From Octopus bimaculoides (taxonomy: Eukaryota), in contig NC_068981.1 in assembly GCF_001194135.2 (NCBI RefSeq), positions 107,964,470 to 108,025,891 of the forward strand: DNA of 61,422 nucleotides, read 5' to 3'. Under the pieces are notes generated by a model. The model had not been told where the DNA came from. It saw only the letters and a list, made by a program, of their open reading frames with translations, and did no database searches. Shown here one piece after another: positions 37,268-49,379 of this stretch (position 1 is its first letter; each line of letters starts with the position of its first letter). A program made the position numbers and the translations under genes.

Positions 37268-38515
37268 ATGGAAACAACAGTGAAATGTTGCAATATAACA
37301 TCTAACAGTAGAACTACTAACCAGAAGTTGCGTCAAAAATTTGTCAGTGTACAAAACATACCTCTACCATCAACCAACAGTAATCTACCAGTAAAAGTAA
37401 TGGGCGTCAATAGTCAGTATTTAAAGTTATCCTTGACTGGAAGCAATGGATCAAAGGTAAGAAAGGATCGTAATTCTTCAGGAAAATCATCGGAAAGAAA
37501 ATACGATTCATTTAGTGAAAGAAAAACAAAGACTTATGAATGGAGGCAAAAGAAAAGGCAGCAGAAGATATTTAAAGCAGTACCTCGGCACTTATCTCGG
37601 TTGAGTGAGAGGAGGAAAATAAATGACATTTTATCGAGCAGCTGTTCTACAGAAACATTTCTTCAGAAGCAGTTCGAAGATAATGTGAAACAACGTCAAG
37701 AATTATTACGTCTTTATAACGAATGGCAAATGCATGTTACTCTTCAATATGAAGAAACAGAACAGATTAACAAGAAATTGTCTGTCCCAAAATATTTTAA
37801 ATTATCCAAGTTTGAAACTTCAAAGAAACTGCCCAAGGTAATGAAGGAAAGTGAAGTGAAAACCAACGAATTACTGAGATTTTTTAAATTGCTCCAAAAT
37901 GATGTTGTTGCTTGCTTTTTGGAAAGAGATTCTTGTTATCGTCTCTCCGATAAATATCTTCTGGCAGAAACATTTGTGTATTTCAAGCGAGCAGGTTATT
38001 TGGCCGATAAATATACCTGTTATAACTTCTTTGTAGCTCTTTATCTTGCCAGTGATATGGAGGAAGATGAAGAGGAACTCAAATATGAAATATTCCCTTG
38101 GGCTTTGGGAAAAAACTGGCCTAGTAATTTTCCACGTTTTCTTAAAAAACGGGATCAATTATTCAAGAAAATAGGTTATCATGGAGTAGTTAGCCGAGTG
38201 TGCTGTGAAGAAATAATGGCCATACTACCAAACAGCCAATATTGGCAGAGAGAAAGACCATTACATCATGCTGGAGGTGTAAGAAAAACTCATTGCTTTG
38301 ATTCCGGTGTTCAGGAATGCAATAAGAAAGATGGTTATTACTATAAATATGGCATGAAAATGCGACCGTTCTGTTTGGCACCAAATAAAGATGCCATTTC
38401 TTGTCTTTTGTGTCACCCGGAGTTAGCACCAACTCCAAAACAAATAGCCTTTGTGGATCCTGTAAAAGTTTATCATAATGAAGACAATCAAATTTCTCCA
38501 ATTGTATCTAAATGA
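37268..38515 (+). CDS. SPDYA: Speedy/RINGO family atypical CDK activator, 415 aa, single coding exon
   Basis: Speedy box: FFKLL..D....[22 protein letters not shown]....[52 protein letters not shown]...WQRERP.HH.G.VR. Uninterrupted ORF; AATAAA at 38532 and about 38720. Confidence 0.95.
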   Translation: METTVKCCNITSNSRTTNQKLRQKFVSVQNIPLPSTNSNLPVKVMGVNSQYLKLSLTGSNGSKVRKDRNSSGKSSERKYDSFSERKTKTYEWRQKKRQQKIFKAVPRHLSRLSERRKINDILSSSCSTETFLQKQFEDNVKQRQELLRLYNEWQMHVTLQYEETEQINKKLSVPKYFKLSKFETSKKLPKVMKESEVKTNELLRFFKLLQNDVVACFLERDSCYRLSDKYLLAETFVYFKRAGYLADKYTCYNFFVALYLASDMEEDEEELKYEIFPWALGKNWPSNFPRFLKKRDQLFKKIGYHGVVSRVCCEEIMAILPNSQYWQRERPLHHAGGVRKTHCFDSGVQECNKKDGYYYKYGMKMRPFCLAPNKDAISCLLCHPELAPTPKQIAFVDPVKVYHNEDNQISPIVSK

Positions 38516-40276
38516 TCAACAGGATCCCTTGAATAAAGGCATCATTTTTGTTAATGTCAAAATTTTAAGGTTAACTTTTTGTTTCTTTCCACCCACATTT
38601 TCGTGATTCTTTAAACATTACTTTGAGATTTTTTCATTTATGAGTATATTATTTACTGTTTTGAAGAAAAAAGATGCGGTTCTTAAATTTCAAAAAGTGT
38701 TTTTCTTCGTGAGAAAAATTAATAAAAAAATTAGACATTCATTGATGTTATTGTTCAACTCCAGATTAGCTTGATCAAGCAGACATCTATGACCAAAGAT
38801 GTTCTGGACATGACTACTACATTCTTTTAATCTTTTTTTTACGGAAAGTGCTATATTAAATTTGACTGCTACTTCTAGCGGCTCGTTTACCTGAATTTAT
38901 GAATGTTATGAATCATGATCTCTAAGCTCTCTACCTTAACGATTTATCTTTTTTTCCAGTAGTGTAAACAACCTGACAGTCGAATCACTAAAGTAGACAT
39001 ACACATGTAGGCATGAAAAATTAGCATATTTTAAAAAGCAAATCACTGGGGTTAATTACTTTTAAAATGTTAGCCATATAAAAGACTAGTTAGTGTAGTG
39101 TGGGAACTGTTTGTCCTGTTATGAACCTGTAACATACTAGAGAGAAAGTTTTCCCCAATGACCAGTCTATTATCTTTCCGAAGCTCAATATCAGTCGGAT
39201 CAGTCATTGTGGGTCTAGCTACAAACCCACGACATTCTTTCTACCTTCACGGGAAGCACTGTCATACTTGGACTTCCCACAACTCTCTAGTCTCTTAAAC
39301 TTTAAACAATATCTATCCATTCCAATTTATCTTCGCATGGTACAGTCAGCTCAGCTACCAGGACTAAATTATTCAAGTATGATTCCTCGTTTAAATTTAT
39401 TAAATTCAATCTGATAGAGCATTAACTTAATTCATTGACATTTTGTCTTTTTGGTGTCTTGTATAATACTGTTAAGCTACAATATAACTAGTTACAACTA
39501 CCAAAAGAGCTTATTAACTATTTAGAAGCACACACATGTATATATTTTTATAAATATACCATATAATTCAAGGGCCTAGTCTTTTGTGTCAGATCACTTG
39601 ACAAACTGCTTCAGAACCACTTATGACGTGACTCAACTTCAGATTTTTCCCATTTGTATAACCAAATGTATATGTGTGTAAATGATATATATTTATATAT
39701 ATGTTTAATTCAGCAAGCTAAGAGGGAAAGAAAGGAACTTCAGCTGGTCTGAATTTATCAGTCAAAGAAATGCCATTGAACCAATTCCATATTCACAAAA
39801 TATTGGGTTTTATTTATTTACATTCTAGGATGTATAACAGAACTTCTCATCCATACCATACCTAGGTACAGTATTTATATGGTTTACAAACAATAAATTC
39901 ACTGGCATTAAACATGGTAGCTATGGAGTTAATATGTAGAGGTACAAGAAGCTATTTATTAGACTGACAACTGTAGCTTGGCAGAAAACTTGAAGGTGTG
40001 GTTTTATCAGCATGTTCTTACAGTCACTACAAGAATATGAGGTATAGTTGATGAGAATGATAAGTGCTGTTCAGAACATGGCTAGACAAAAACTGAAATA
40101 TAAATATCCTAACAATAACTAGGATAGGCTGGATATTGTCATCAGAAAGATACAGCAATTGGAAGAAAGGGAGCAAATGACAAAGTAATCAGGTTCATGG
40201 GCAGCATGGAAGATATCTGAATGAAGGAAACAATCATGCAACATATGTTGGAAAATGGACCAGCCAAGCTGTGATC

Positions 40277-40610
40277 CATGAGGGTGGGCTGAAAAGTTCA
40301 TATGCTGACTATGATGGAGTGATGCTGGAGCTGTGAAATCTTGCATGCATTAATTTCAACTCTTCTTATTGATAACTGCATTGTTTCTTTCCAGGTAAAC
40401 TGACATTTCATTGTTCAAAGAAGACTGCAAAAGTAACTAATAGTGACTTCTCTTGGCATTGTGGTATTATCAAGTACCTGCAGGAAAAGCATTTAGCCCC
40501 TGGGGACATTCATGTCAACATTGTTGCTACATTAGGGGAATGATGCTCTAAACTTTATCAGTGCAGAAGCGGGCAGCCAAATTTAGGAGAAGGGAGAGTC
40601 GTCCATTGCA
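40277..40610 (+). mobile_element. Mariner 5' fragment (TIR plus HTH region)
   Basis: TIR-like gagggtgggctgaaaagttca; IIKYLQEK.LAP.DIH.....LG..A followed by .AAKFRR. Confidence 0.65.
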
Positions 40611-41347
40611 AATTATTCATGGAGACATAACCAAATTCTGTTAGGCCACTAAAAACAATGAAGTGCTATCAATGTAATGAGAATCAACTCTATTGTATTC
40701 TCTTTAGTTGTCCATGGGGAAGGCAAGAAATAATAATGCAAGTGTGTAAGCAACAAGGGAAAGGGACAAAACCTTTTGTTACTATATTTCCATTGAAAAA
40801 TACTATACTTTAATAAAATGACATTGTCAATCTTTAGCTGGTATTTGGAACATAAAATAACATGAAATCTTGATTGGTTTTAATTTAGATCTTTTTAAAA
40901 CAAGAAATTTGTACTAGAGTCAGTTTGGGTCAGTTTCAGGTGGGTTGGTATCAAAAGAGTTAAGACTTTTATATGGTGCTTAATAACTGGAAGGAGCAGA
41001 TGGCTTTGAAAGAGCATTTGAATTCTCAAGCTACAGTGCGCTAATGAAACAATAGCCTAACTTAATGACTTGAAAAGTCCTGCTAGTTGAGTTGACTGTA
41101 CTATGGGAAGAAAATTTGAAATGGATACATATTGTTTCAATGGCCATTTAATGAGTTACCCCCAAGCAGTTCAAATTTCAAATTATCTTTTGCAAGATAA
41201 TTTATCTACTCTTTCAATCAGTGTCCAAAATTTCATTATTCGAAAGTCTTTTCACTTTAATTTGTCTGTATGTGGAATTTTATGGGCTTGGTGATGAAAA
41301 ATATCTCCTTTAGTGTTCCTGATGTGACACAGTCAAGTCCTAAAAAA

Positions 41348-42553
41348 TATTTACATTTGATGGATATTTGTCTTTATCTTGTTTATTGTTAACATGTTTC
41401 AGCTGATATACCCTCCAGCTTTCATCGGGTGTCTTGGGGAAATTTCAAACCTGGGTTCTCATTCCTAAGGTATTTTCAATGTTATTATTATTATTCAGTA
41501 GTTTTATTTTTATAACGTGCCTTCACTTCACTANNNNNNNNNNATTATTATTATTCAGTAGTTTTATTTTTATAACGTGCCTTCACTTCACTACCGAGCG
41601 CAGCTCTGTGTGCCTTGGGTATGTGCTGTGGTTTCCTGTGATGCTCTTATGGTTACTGTATTAAAAATGTTTTGTGTAGGATGCGTGCAGTGCCCAGTAG
41701 TGCAATTTTCTGGATGTTGTATATATTTGTAAGTCCTGGTGTTTTTGTTGTGTATTTGTCTGAATATTTTTTCATCGTACCTAATGCACCCACTGATAGG
41801 AATTATTTCTGTTTTTAGATTCCACATTCGAGTTACCTCTATTTCCAGGTCTTTGTATTTTGAAAGTTTCTCCATATCTTTCAGAGAAACGTTGTCATCT
41901 GCTGGTATTGATACATCAATTAGAAAACATTTTTTTTCTTCATGATCTCTGACAACTATATCTGTCCTATTAATTTCTCTATCTGTGTGTATTCGCATAT
42001 CCCCGAGTATGGTTGCTTTCTCGTTTTCTGTGACTTTTTCTGGCATGTGCTTATACCATCTTTTTTCTGTTGTTATTCCATAGTGTTGGCATAGCTTCCA
42101 GTGTATGTAGGTCCCAACTTTGTCATGTCTGTGAATATATTCCTTCTTAGCCAGGACTGGGCAGCCAGAGATAATATGATTTATTGTTTCTTGTCCATCT
42201 CCACATATTCTGCAGTTACTTTTTATGTTTATTTTTATTATATGTTTTTGGTAATTTCTTGTAGGGAGGCTTTGGTCTTGTGCTGTAATTAAAAATCCTT
42301 CAGTCTCTGCTTTGAGTCCTGAGCTTCTCAACCATTACTAGGATTTTCCTCTGTGTATTTCTTTTGCATTTAGTTTAGCCCAGTATTTGCCATGGAGCTT
42401 TTCTTGCCATCATTTTATCAAGGTCCGTTACTGTTCTAGTTTTAGTTTGGATTTCATTTGTTTTATAGCTTTTGTTGTTTCTTCTTCTTCATATTTGTTA
42501 GGTAGTATGACTTCTTGTTTGTATTTGTCAGCTTCCTTAAATACTGAAAACAG

Positions 42554-42615
<62 letters not shown>

Positions 42616-42676
42616 TCACTGCTTGGAATCTAACTCGGAATCTTGGGGTTAGTAGCCTGCGCTCTTAACCACTATG
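41348..42676 (-). mobile_element. Hammerhead-motif SINE copy, split by the R4/Dong insertion (body 41348-41485, tRNA head 42608-42676)
   Basis: The two pieces together reconstitute the intact plus-strand copy at 42690-42955. Confidence 0.85.
41486..42555 (-). mobile_element. R4/Dong-clade non-LTR retrotransposon, 5'-truncated (CCHC knuckle plus restriction-like endonuclease)
   Basis: ORF 41591-42331: LKAETEGFLI.AQDQSLPTRNY; CRICG...ETINHIISGC..LA..EYI.RHD; TDIVV.D....C.LIDV.IP; EKLSKYKDLEIE..RMW. (TTA)n on both flanks. Confidence 0.92.
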
Positions 42677-42689
42677 CCATATACCCGTG

Positions 42690-42955
42690 GACGTAGTGGT
42701 TAAGAGCGTGGGCTACTAATCATAAGATACTTAGTTCGATTCCAGGCAGTGACCTGAATAATAATAACAACAATAATAATAACATCAAAAAATACCTTAG
42801 GAATGAGAACCCAGGTTCGAAATTTCCCCAAGACACCTGATGAAGGCTGGAGGGTATATCAGCCGAAATGTGTTAACAAACAAGGTGAGGACAAATATCC
42901 GTCAAATGTAAATAATGTACATAATTCCTCATCTCTTAAATATAGAACTGTATTC
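42690..42955 (+). mobile_element. tRNA-headed SINE with internal (AAT)n and a hammerhead-ribozyme-like motif
   Basis: A box tagtggttaag, B box gttcgattcc, (AAT)n, then gacac-CTGATGA-A-ggctg(10 nt)cagcc-GAAA-tgtgtt at 42832-42874. Confidence 0.8.
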
Positions 42956-42982
42956 CTAAAAAATAATTACATATGTAATGAA

Positions 42983-44015
42983 TTCAGGATACAGTCCTCA
43001 GCCCCTTTCTTGTTCATCGTAGTCCTCCAGGCAATAACTTAGGAATTTAAGTTGGGCTGCCCCTAGGAGCTCCTCTATGCTGATGACCTTGTTCTTATAG
43101 CTAAATCACTATCACTAGAGAAATTTCAGGTGTAGAAACAAGATCTAGAATCAAAGGTCTTTAGAGTTAATTTAGCAAAAACCAAAGTCTTAGTAAGTAG
43201 GAAAGCAGACAAATCAAAAATCCCTTCTGACAGATGGCCCTGCTCAGTATGTAGAAAAGGCATAGGTGGAAGTTCTATAAGATGTACTCAGTCCCAGCTA
43301 TGGACACATAAAAGATGTAGTAATATCAGAGGAAGGTTAACGGAAAATAGTCTTATGTAGGTGTAATAAACACTAGAAATGTACAGAAAAATAGACTCCA
43401 TCAAATGACAGTGGGGATACCTAGAAGTAGCTGATAGATTCCATTATCTAGGTGACCAAGTCAGCAGCAGAGGTGGATGGGATACTCTGAGAGCATAGCC
43501 GCTAGAATAAAAATAGGCTAGGCAAAGTTCAGAGAGCTTCTACCTTTGTTAGAAACAAACAGCCTCTCCCTCAGAGTGAAAGGTAGATTGTATGATGCCT
43601 GTGTGTGAACAGCCATGCTACATGGCAGTGAAACGTGGGCTGTGACCACAGAGGACATGCAAAGGCTTGTAAGAAATGAAGCTAGTATGCTTCACTGGAT
43701 GTGCAATGTCAGTGTGCATGTATAACAGAGTGTAAGTGTCTTGGGAGAAAAACTGGGCATAAGAGGCATCAGAAGTTGTGTGCAAGAGAGATGACTGTGC
43801 TGGTATGGTCATGTGATGCATATGGACGAGGACAGATGCTGGTGGCATCTAAAAGCACCCATTATATTCTTGGAGTGGTTGGAATTAGGAAAGGTATCCA
43901 GCAGTAGAAACCATGCAAAATCGCAGTGGAACCTGGAGCAGCTTACCAGTTCTAGCCAAACTGTTTAATCCATGCCAGCATGGAAAGCAGACATTAAATG
44001 ATGATGATGATGATG
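42983..44015 (+). mobile_element. RTE-clade LINE, 5'-truncated, with (ATG)n tail
   Basis: VLSPFLFIVVLQAIT; ELLYADDLVLIA; GLRVNLAKTKV; KGRLYDACV.TAMLHGSETWAV; 3' UTR ending in (gat)n. Confidence 0.9.
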
Positions 44016-44429
44016 TAAGAATAATGGTTATCTATTCAGATAAAACATTTGGTATGATTTGCTAAGAAAAACACCACTTTTCAGCTTCACCTCCATTAAT
44101 TTAACATTTATGTAGATAAAAGTATTTATATCGCTCCACTGCTCTCTAGATTCAGAAGTTTTGCTATTTAAACCTCTAACTTAATTCTCAAGGGTGAATG
44201 GAAAACTTTTCATTTGTCATTATACTTGATCCTTCAGTTTTTATTTTTTAAATAAATCTGGTCATGTCTGGAACATTCCAGACATGATATGGAATAGCTT
44301 TTATAGTTTTTCAAGTTATTACAATGTTTAAAGGAAAAATATCTTTTCTCACTTTGCTCCCTCAGAGGATAACATCTTTTTTGTATGAAATATTTGTAAT
44401 CAATGACTTGTGCAGTAAAGTGATTAGTA

Positions 44430-44760
44430 CTAAAAAAACTGCATTACTGGTCAAATGGACAGACCTTCCAGCCAATTCAAAAACCAGTTTGCATTCACAA
44501 ATTTGTTATTTCATCAAAGAGATATTGGTGCTTCAGCTGACTGGAATATTTTTGCCACATTGAATGGGAAAAGGGAGAACAATGGAGTGGGTGGTGATGT
44601 GAAAAAGGTTGTTTGCTGGAAAACCTTGTAGATGAAGGTAGTTGTTACAAATCTGGACAAATTCATTGCTGTTGTGAAAAAAGAGTTTCCATCATTTGTT
44701 ATTGCTGCTTGTCTGTCAGAGCAAATTTGAAGCAATGCAAATTTTTTGAAAGAAAGAATG
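44430..44760 (+). mobile_element. Decayed DDD/E transposase, Sola-like (superfamily tentative)
   Basis: HYWSNG/PSSQFKNQFAFTNL and ADWNIFATLNGKRENNGVGGDVKK resemble the SDG..SQFKN and W.FFATSHGKG..DG.GG..K motifs. Confidence 0.5.
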
Positions 44761-45293
44761 GCAACCCATTGAAGATCATTATGAAGAACAAAACACTTTC
44801 ACTACATTGAAGTAGTTAATGAAATTTTTGTTAGGAATTTGTTGTTACCCTCAATTTAAAACAATGATATCAAACCAGAATGCAGTAAATTCTATCTGGT
44901 AAAGTACACATTTGAATGTGAAAAGGATGATACAAAAACCAAAGTGTTACCAGTGATGTGTGAAAAAAATTATCTGGAAGAGCAACTACTTGTACTTCTA
45001 AAACAAATATCAGATGGAAATATTCACACTATTGACAACATGGACAAACTATAGAAACATGAAGATCAAATAGCTGAACTTTTGCCTTGCCCTGACATGA
45101 GACATCATGGAAACCTTAAGTTTGACAAGGGATTAGTTGAAGAAAGAAGGAGAAACTAGAAAGAGAGAGAGATGAACATGTAAAGTGCAGGAGCATGTGG
45201 TATAGTTAAAATGAGAGGCAAAGAGAGAGGGTGACTGAGTGTTGACTGAAAGGAAGACGAGAGTGGAAAGCAGTTACATGATTTTAAACATAG

Positions 45294-45499
45294 TACAGGG
45301 TGCGGCAAAAATACTTCCCACATTTTAAATTTTCACCTATGTATTGCTAATGAACTTATGCAAGTGCCAATGATGTATTCATTTAGCTAAACTGTAACCC
45401 TTTGTTTAAACAACAGTAAAATTAATTTTTCATAAATGTTGTTTCTTTTTCATTTTGTTAACCTTTCAAATGTGGGAGGTATTTCTGCCGCACTCTGTA
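45294..45499. mobile_element. Tc1/mariner MITE with TA TSD
   Basis: TA-cagggtgcggcaaaaatacttcccacattt ... aaatgtgggaggtatttctgccgcactctg-TA. Confidence 0.9.
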
Positions 45500-45789
45500 T
45501 AATAGTATATTATGATAGACAATAAAAATAAAATTTAGTTGTTTTTCAGGTTTTAAGATTCAATTGTTTCAATATATTCAATCCGTGGATGTATCTATGG
45601 TGATAGATTCATTGACAGATAAGAAATAGAAAAATGGATGTCAGGTTATTGACACATAACCTGAGCAAATAGCTGTGGATATTACTTTTACCTCTTCATG
45701 TGTAGCAGCCCAAAGGCTGAGGCCATACTGGAGCACCACAATTATTGGGAGTTTTGTTAATAACAAACAAGATAAGGACAAATATCTGT

Positions 45790-46120
45790 CGGCACTTGTG
45801 CCCGCGGCATGTGTAAGGACTTTTGAGTGAGATTGTTGCCAGTGCCCCTGGACTGGCCCTTGTGTGGGTGGCACATAAAATACACCATTTTGAGCACGGC
45901 CGTTGCCAGTACCGCCTGACTGGCCTTCGTGCGGGTGGCACGTAAAAGCACCCACTACACTCTCGGAGTGGTTGGCGTTAGGAAGGGCATCCAGCTGTAG
46001 AAACTCTGCCAAATCAGATTGGAGCCTGGTGTAGCCATCTGGTTTCACCAGTCCTCAGTCAAATTGTCCAACCCATGCTAGCATGGAAAGCGGACGTTAA
46101 ACAATGATGATGATGATGAT
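45790..46120 (+). mobile_element. RTE 3' UTR or RTE-tailed short element, inserted into the tail of a hammerhead-SINE fragment
   Basis: Two hairpin-rich units of about 65 bp, then ggcgttaggaagggcatcc..(gat)n. Flanked by aacaaacaagataaggacaaatatc (45762) and aattcctcatctcttaaatatagaactgtatt (46122), which are neighbouring blocks in the 42690 SINE. Confidence 0.75.
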
Positions 46121-49100
46121 GAATTCCTCATCTCTTAAATATAGAACTGTATTCAGATTAGCTTTATAAATTATGGAGATTAATCTCATCAATTTATTTT
46201 AGCAGTTCTGTCTTTGGGCTGTGTTTAGTATCCATTAAGAAAACACCCGTCTATAATGATTGGCACAACCTACCATATATTCTTATGATAAACATAAATG
46301 TCAAACACTTGGAACTTTTCCTTTGTTATTTATTCTTAAGACATTTTTATATATTTAATAATTGGTACTTGTTTAGAATTTATAAGAGATTCTTAAGTGA
46401 ATACAGAGATGTGTCAATGAGATCCCCAGGAATACAATTACTTTCATGATTAAGAGGTGGAGGCCCCAAGAGGTAGAAGTTAAATAAAGACTGGAAGAAG
46501 CTAGTTTATTGTTAAGGCTGTGTAGTTGCAACAGCAAAAAGAGAACCCAGAAAGTTTAGAGTGGCTAAAGTAAATCTGTATAAGTATGTTGAACTTTGAA
46601 ACATAAAATTGCATTTTCAGGGAGATATCAAGATTGATAAGAAGTTGGATTTGCTGGACTGAGTAGCGACTACAATGCTCAAAAACAAGTAAAAAAGAAG
46701 CTTTATAAAATAATTATTACCGTTTATGGGTGATGGATTGGAAGAACCATTAGACTGTCAAACGTAATGCCTTGCAGCTGTTTTAGTTTCCAGCTCTTTA
46801 CTTTCTAAGATGGTCTTCAATATGCTTGTTGATCCATTTGAAATGGAATCACTTTTAAACCCATGGAGGATAACAAATCTAGACACCACAGTTGATAGTT
46901 AAATATTCTGACTTGCTTTTAAATGTTTGAACAAAACCTGGCTTCAAAATCAAACCAATTAACCAATTTAAATTCATTGAAGTTTGAAGAAATAGTATAT
47001 TTTACTGAATATTTGGACATGGTGGCAGATTAAAACATAGAAATACTGTTCTAAATGACATTTTAAAATTCACTTAAACATCTGTCTATGTTGAAGGAAT
47101 CCAAATATAAAAGAAGGATTGACTATATATTCAAGCAGTACTATTTCCAAAATACAGTGATATTTTCAAGGAAAGAAATTATAAATAGAATTAATATGGA
47201 AAGCTTTATCCCTTAGTTTGGGTTCCATTGCAGTTTTAATCATATTAATATGCAGCAATCATCTTGCCTTTTTCTTCCTTTTCTTTCTGATTTCCTCTTC
47301 ACTTCATCAAATGCCATAACCAATCATTATTATGTTGTATTGTTTTATTTTAAAACTGTTTAAATGTGGTGAGCTGGTAGAATTGTTAGTGATTTAGATA
47401 AAATGCCTAACTGCATTTCTTCTGGCTTTTTATGTTCTGGGTTCATATTTTCCTGAGTTAGCTTTGCCTTTCAGCCTTTCAAGATCAATACAGTAAATAC
47501 TATTCGAACATGGGGTCAATATAATCAACTTAGCCTTGTGCCAAAATTTGAAACCATTTTAAAACTATGCTGGAACACTTTGTATTAAGTCACAATATAA
47601 GAATTTTAAGAAATATAAACTACTTCATTTGTTAATATCATCTGCATATAACTCATATCAGTTACAATTTTAAATGGACTGGTGGTTGAATTGGGTTAGC
47701 CATTTGAGACATATTAAATATACAAGGACTAAACAGAGATTACTACCAAAGTAAATATTCTTCTATGACAGAAGTTGAATCTGAGAGATTGTATGGTTGC
47801 TGTGAAGACTTTCACTGAGACATCATATCTTTGATAACAGGTAACTCAATATTTCAGAGAGAGAGAGAGAGAGAGTTCCCTTTATTTGCAGCCTACTGAC
47901 AGTATATTCTTCAAAATTATTTGACTTCAGAGGTGTTCTGACTTATAACAATGAAATCTAGACATCTTTACATCATGAACTATTGTATTTATTATTTAAG
48001 CGGTGCAATTTCTCAGCAGTCAAATGTTTACTAATAAATGTACAGGGACATCCCGAATGTTGCTAGGCTTACCTTACATGTTACTCACATGAATTTCCAG
48101 TAAAATAAATATCCTTGACTGCTTTTTGTATAGTTGTTGGAGAGGATGAATGCTGATCACTTGGGAATAATTAACCCAACTAAAATATAGATTGAATTTG
48201 CAGAAGGTTTGAAAGTTGACTATTTGCTTGGCCTGAAAATGTTAAAATTCATGTAAAATTCATGTCTGCATCACAACGTACAATTGAGAGTATTTATATC
48301 AATGTTTCTCAGCCTATTTTGTCCTATGTCCCACTTCAATTTTCCAAAATAACCATGAGCAAAGTTTCCTCTTATATAGCATATATATTCAGAAATGATA
48401 ATGAAAATGTTTTTTTTTTCACTTCTGAAGTAACCCAAGCCCTACCAAAATATTGCCATGCCCCACTAGTGGAGCATGCAACCAACTTTGAGAAACACTA
48501 ATCTATGTAGTCTTTTGACATGCTAAAAATAACAATCAAATCTCCGTATTATCTTAAAAAAAAAGTAGAGACACACAAAGAATTCTGTAACCCTGAATAC
48601 ACTATGTCTGAAATAGAAAATGGGAGAAGTCTGCTCTATTGGGATTGACCTGGGGCTAAAAACGTCATAACCATTTTCAAAAATTTTATTTACTGATTTT
48701 TGCCAACACAGACCTGAGTGACTAAAATATATGTTCCTTTTTATAATTAAATAAATAAAACATGCATGTATTCATACATTTACACACACACACACTCATC
48801 CATCCATACATACATACTGTTTCTTAGTCAGTCATTATGTCAGGAAAAAAGGCCTTAAACTAATTATAACATTCTTAAAAGATAAAGGGATGGAATTTGG
48901 TCAGTGTAAATCTTCCCATATGATTGTGAAATGACCAAAAAAAGTAAATCAGACAAGCAGCATTTCCATAAAAAAACTTGACTATTTCACCAATATTTGA
49001 TGACAAATCCTACAGGTCTTTAGGTATAAATAAAAACATATCTTATAATGGTATGTGTAGCAAGGAACACTTCACCAAAATATATAACAGCCAGACATGC

Positions 49101-49379
49101 TACCAAGGAAAATGTAGACCTCAAAACTCTTTGCATACATAAAAACAGTGACCCACAGTGTATTAGCAGTAGTTGTACTCATACCAACATTTAGGCAACT
49201 TGATTGGATGCTTAATTAGATCCAAATCATTAATATGAAAACCCAAAAGATAATGATTAGCACAAATAATCGTCACATCAACAGTGACACACACTGCTTC
49301 TACCTAAAATGAAAATAAGGAGGCAAAGTTTTATCATCAATTCAGACAGCTTTTGGATGTCATATTGTATTCTTTCAGC

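Noticed and set aside
37871-38501. Minus-strand ORFs of 95 and 103 aa
   Set aside because: Antisense shadows of the Speedy CDS with no recognisable domain.
39200-39365. RLE-type retrotransposon crumb (VLVAELTVPCEDKL) on the minus strand
   Set aside because: A single short motif with stops nearby; too little to call.
42690-42760. tRNA genes at SINE heads (also 12506, 20810, 23395 and 29397)
   Set aside because: They have A/B boxes but no complete cloverleaf or acceptor stem, and each continues into a SINE body, some with TSDs.
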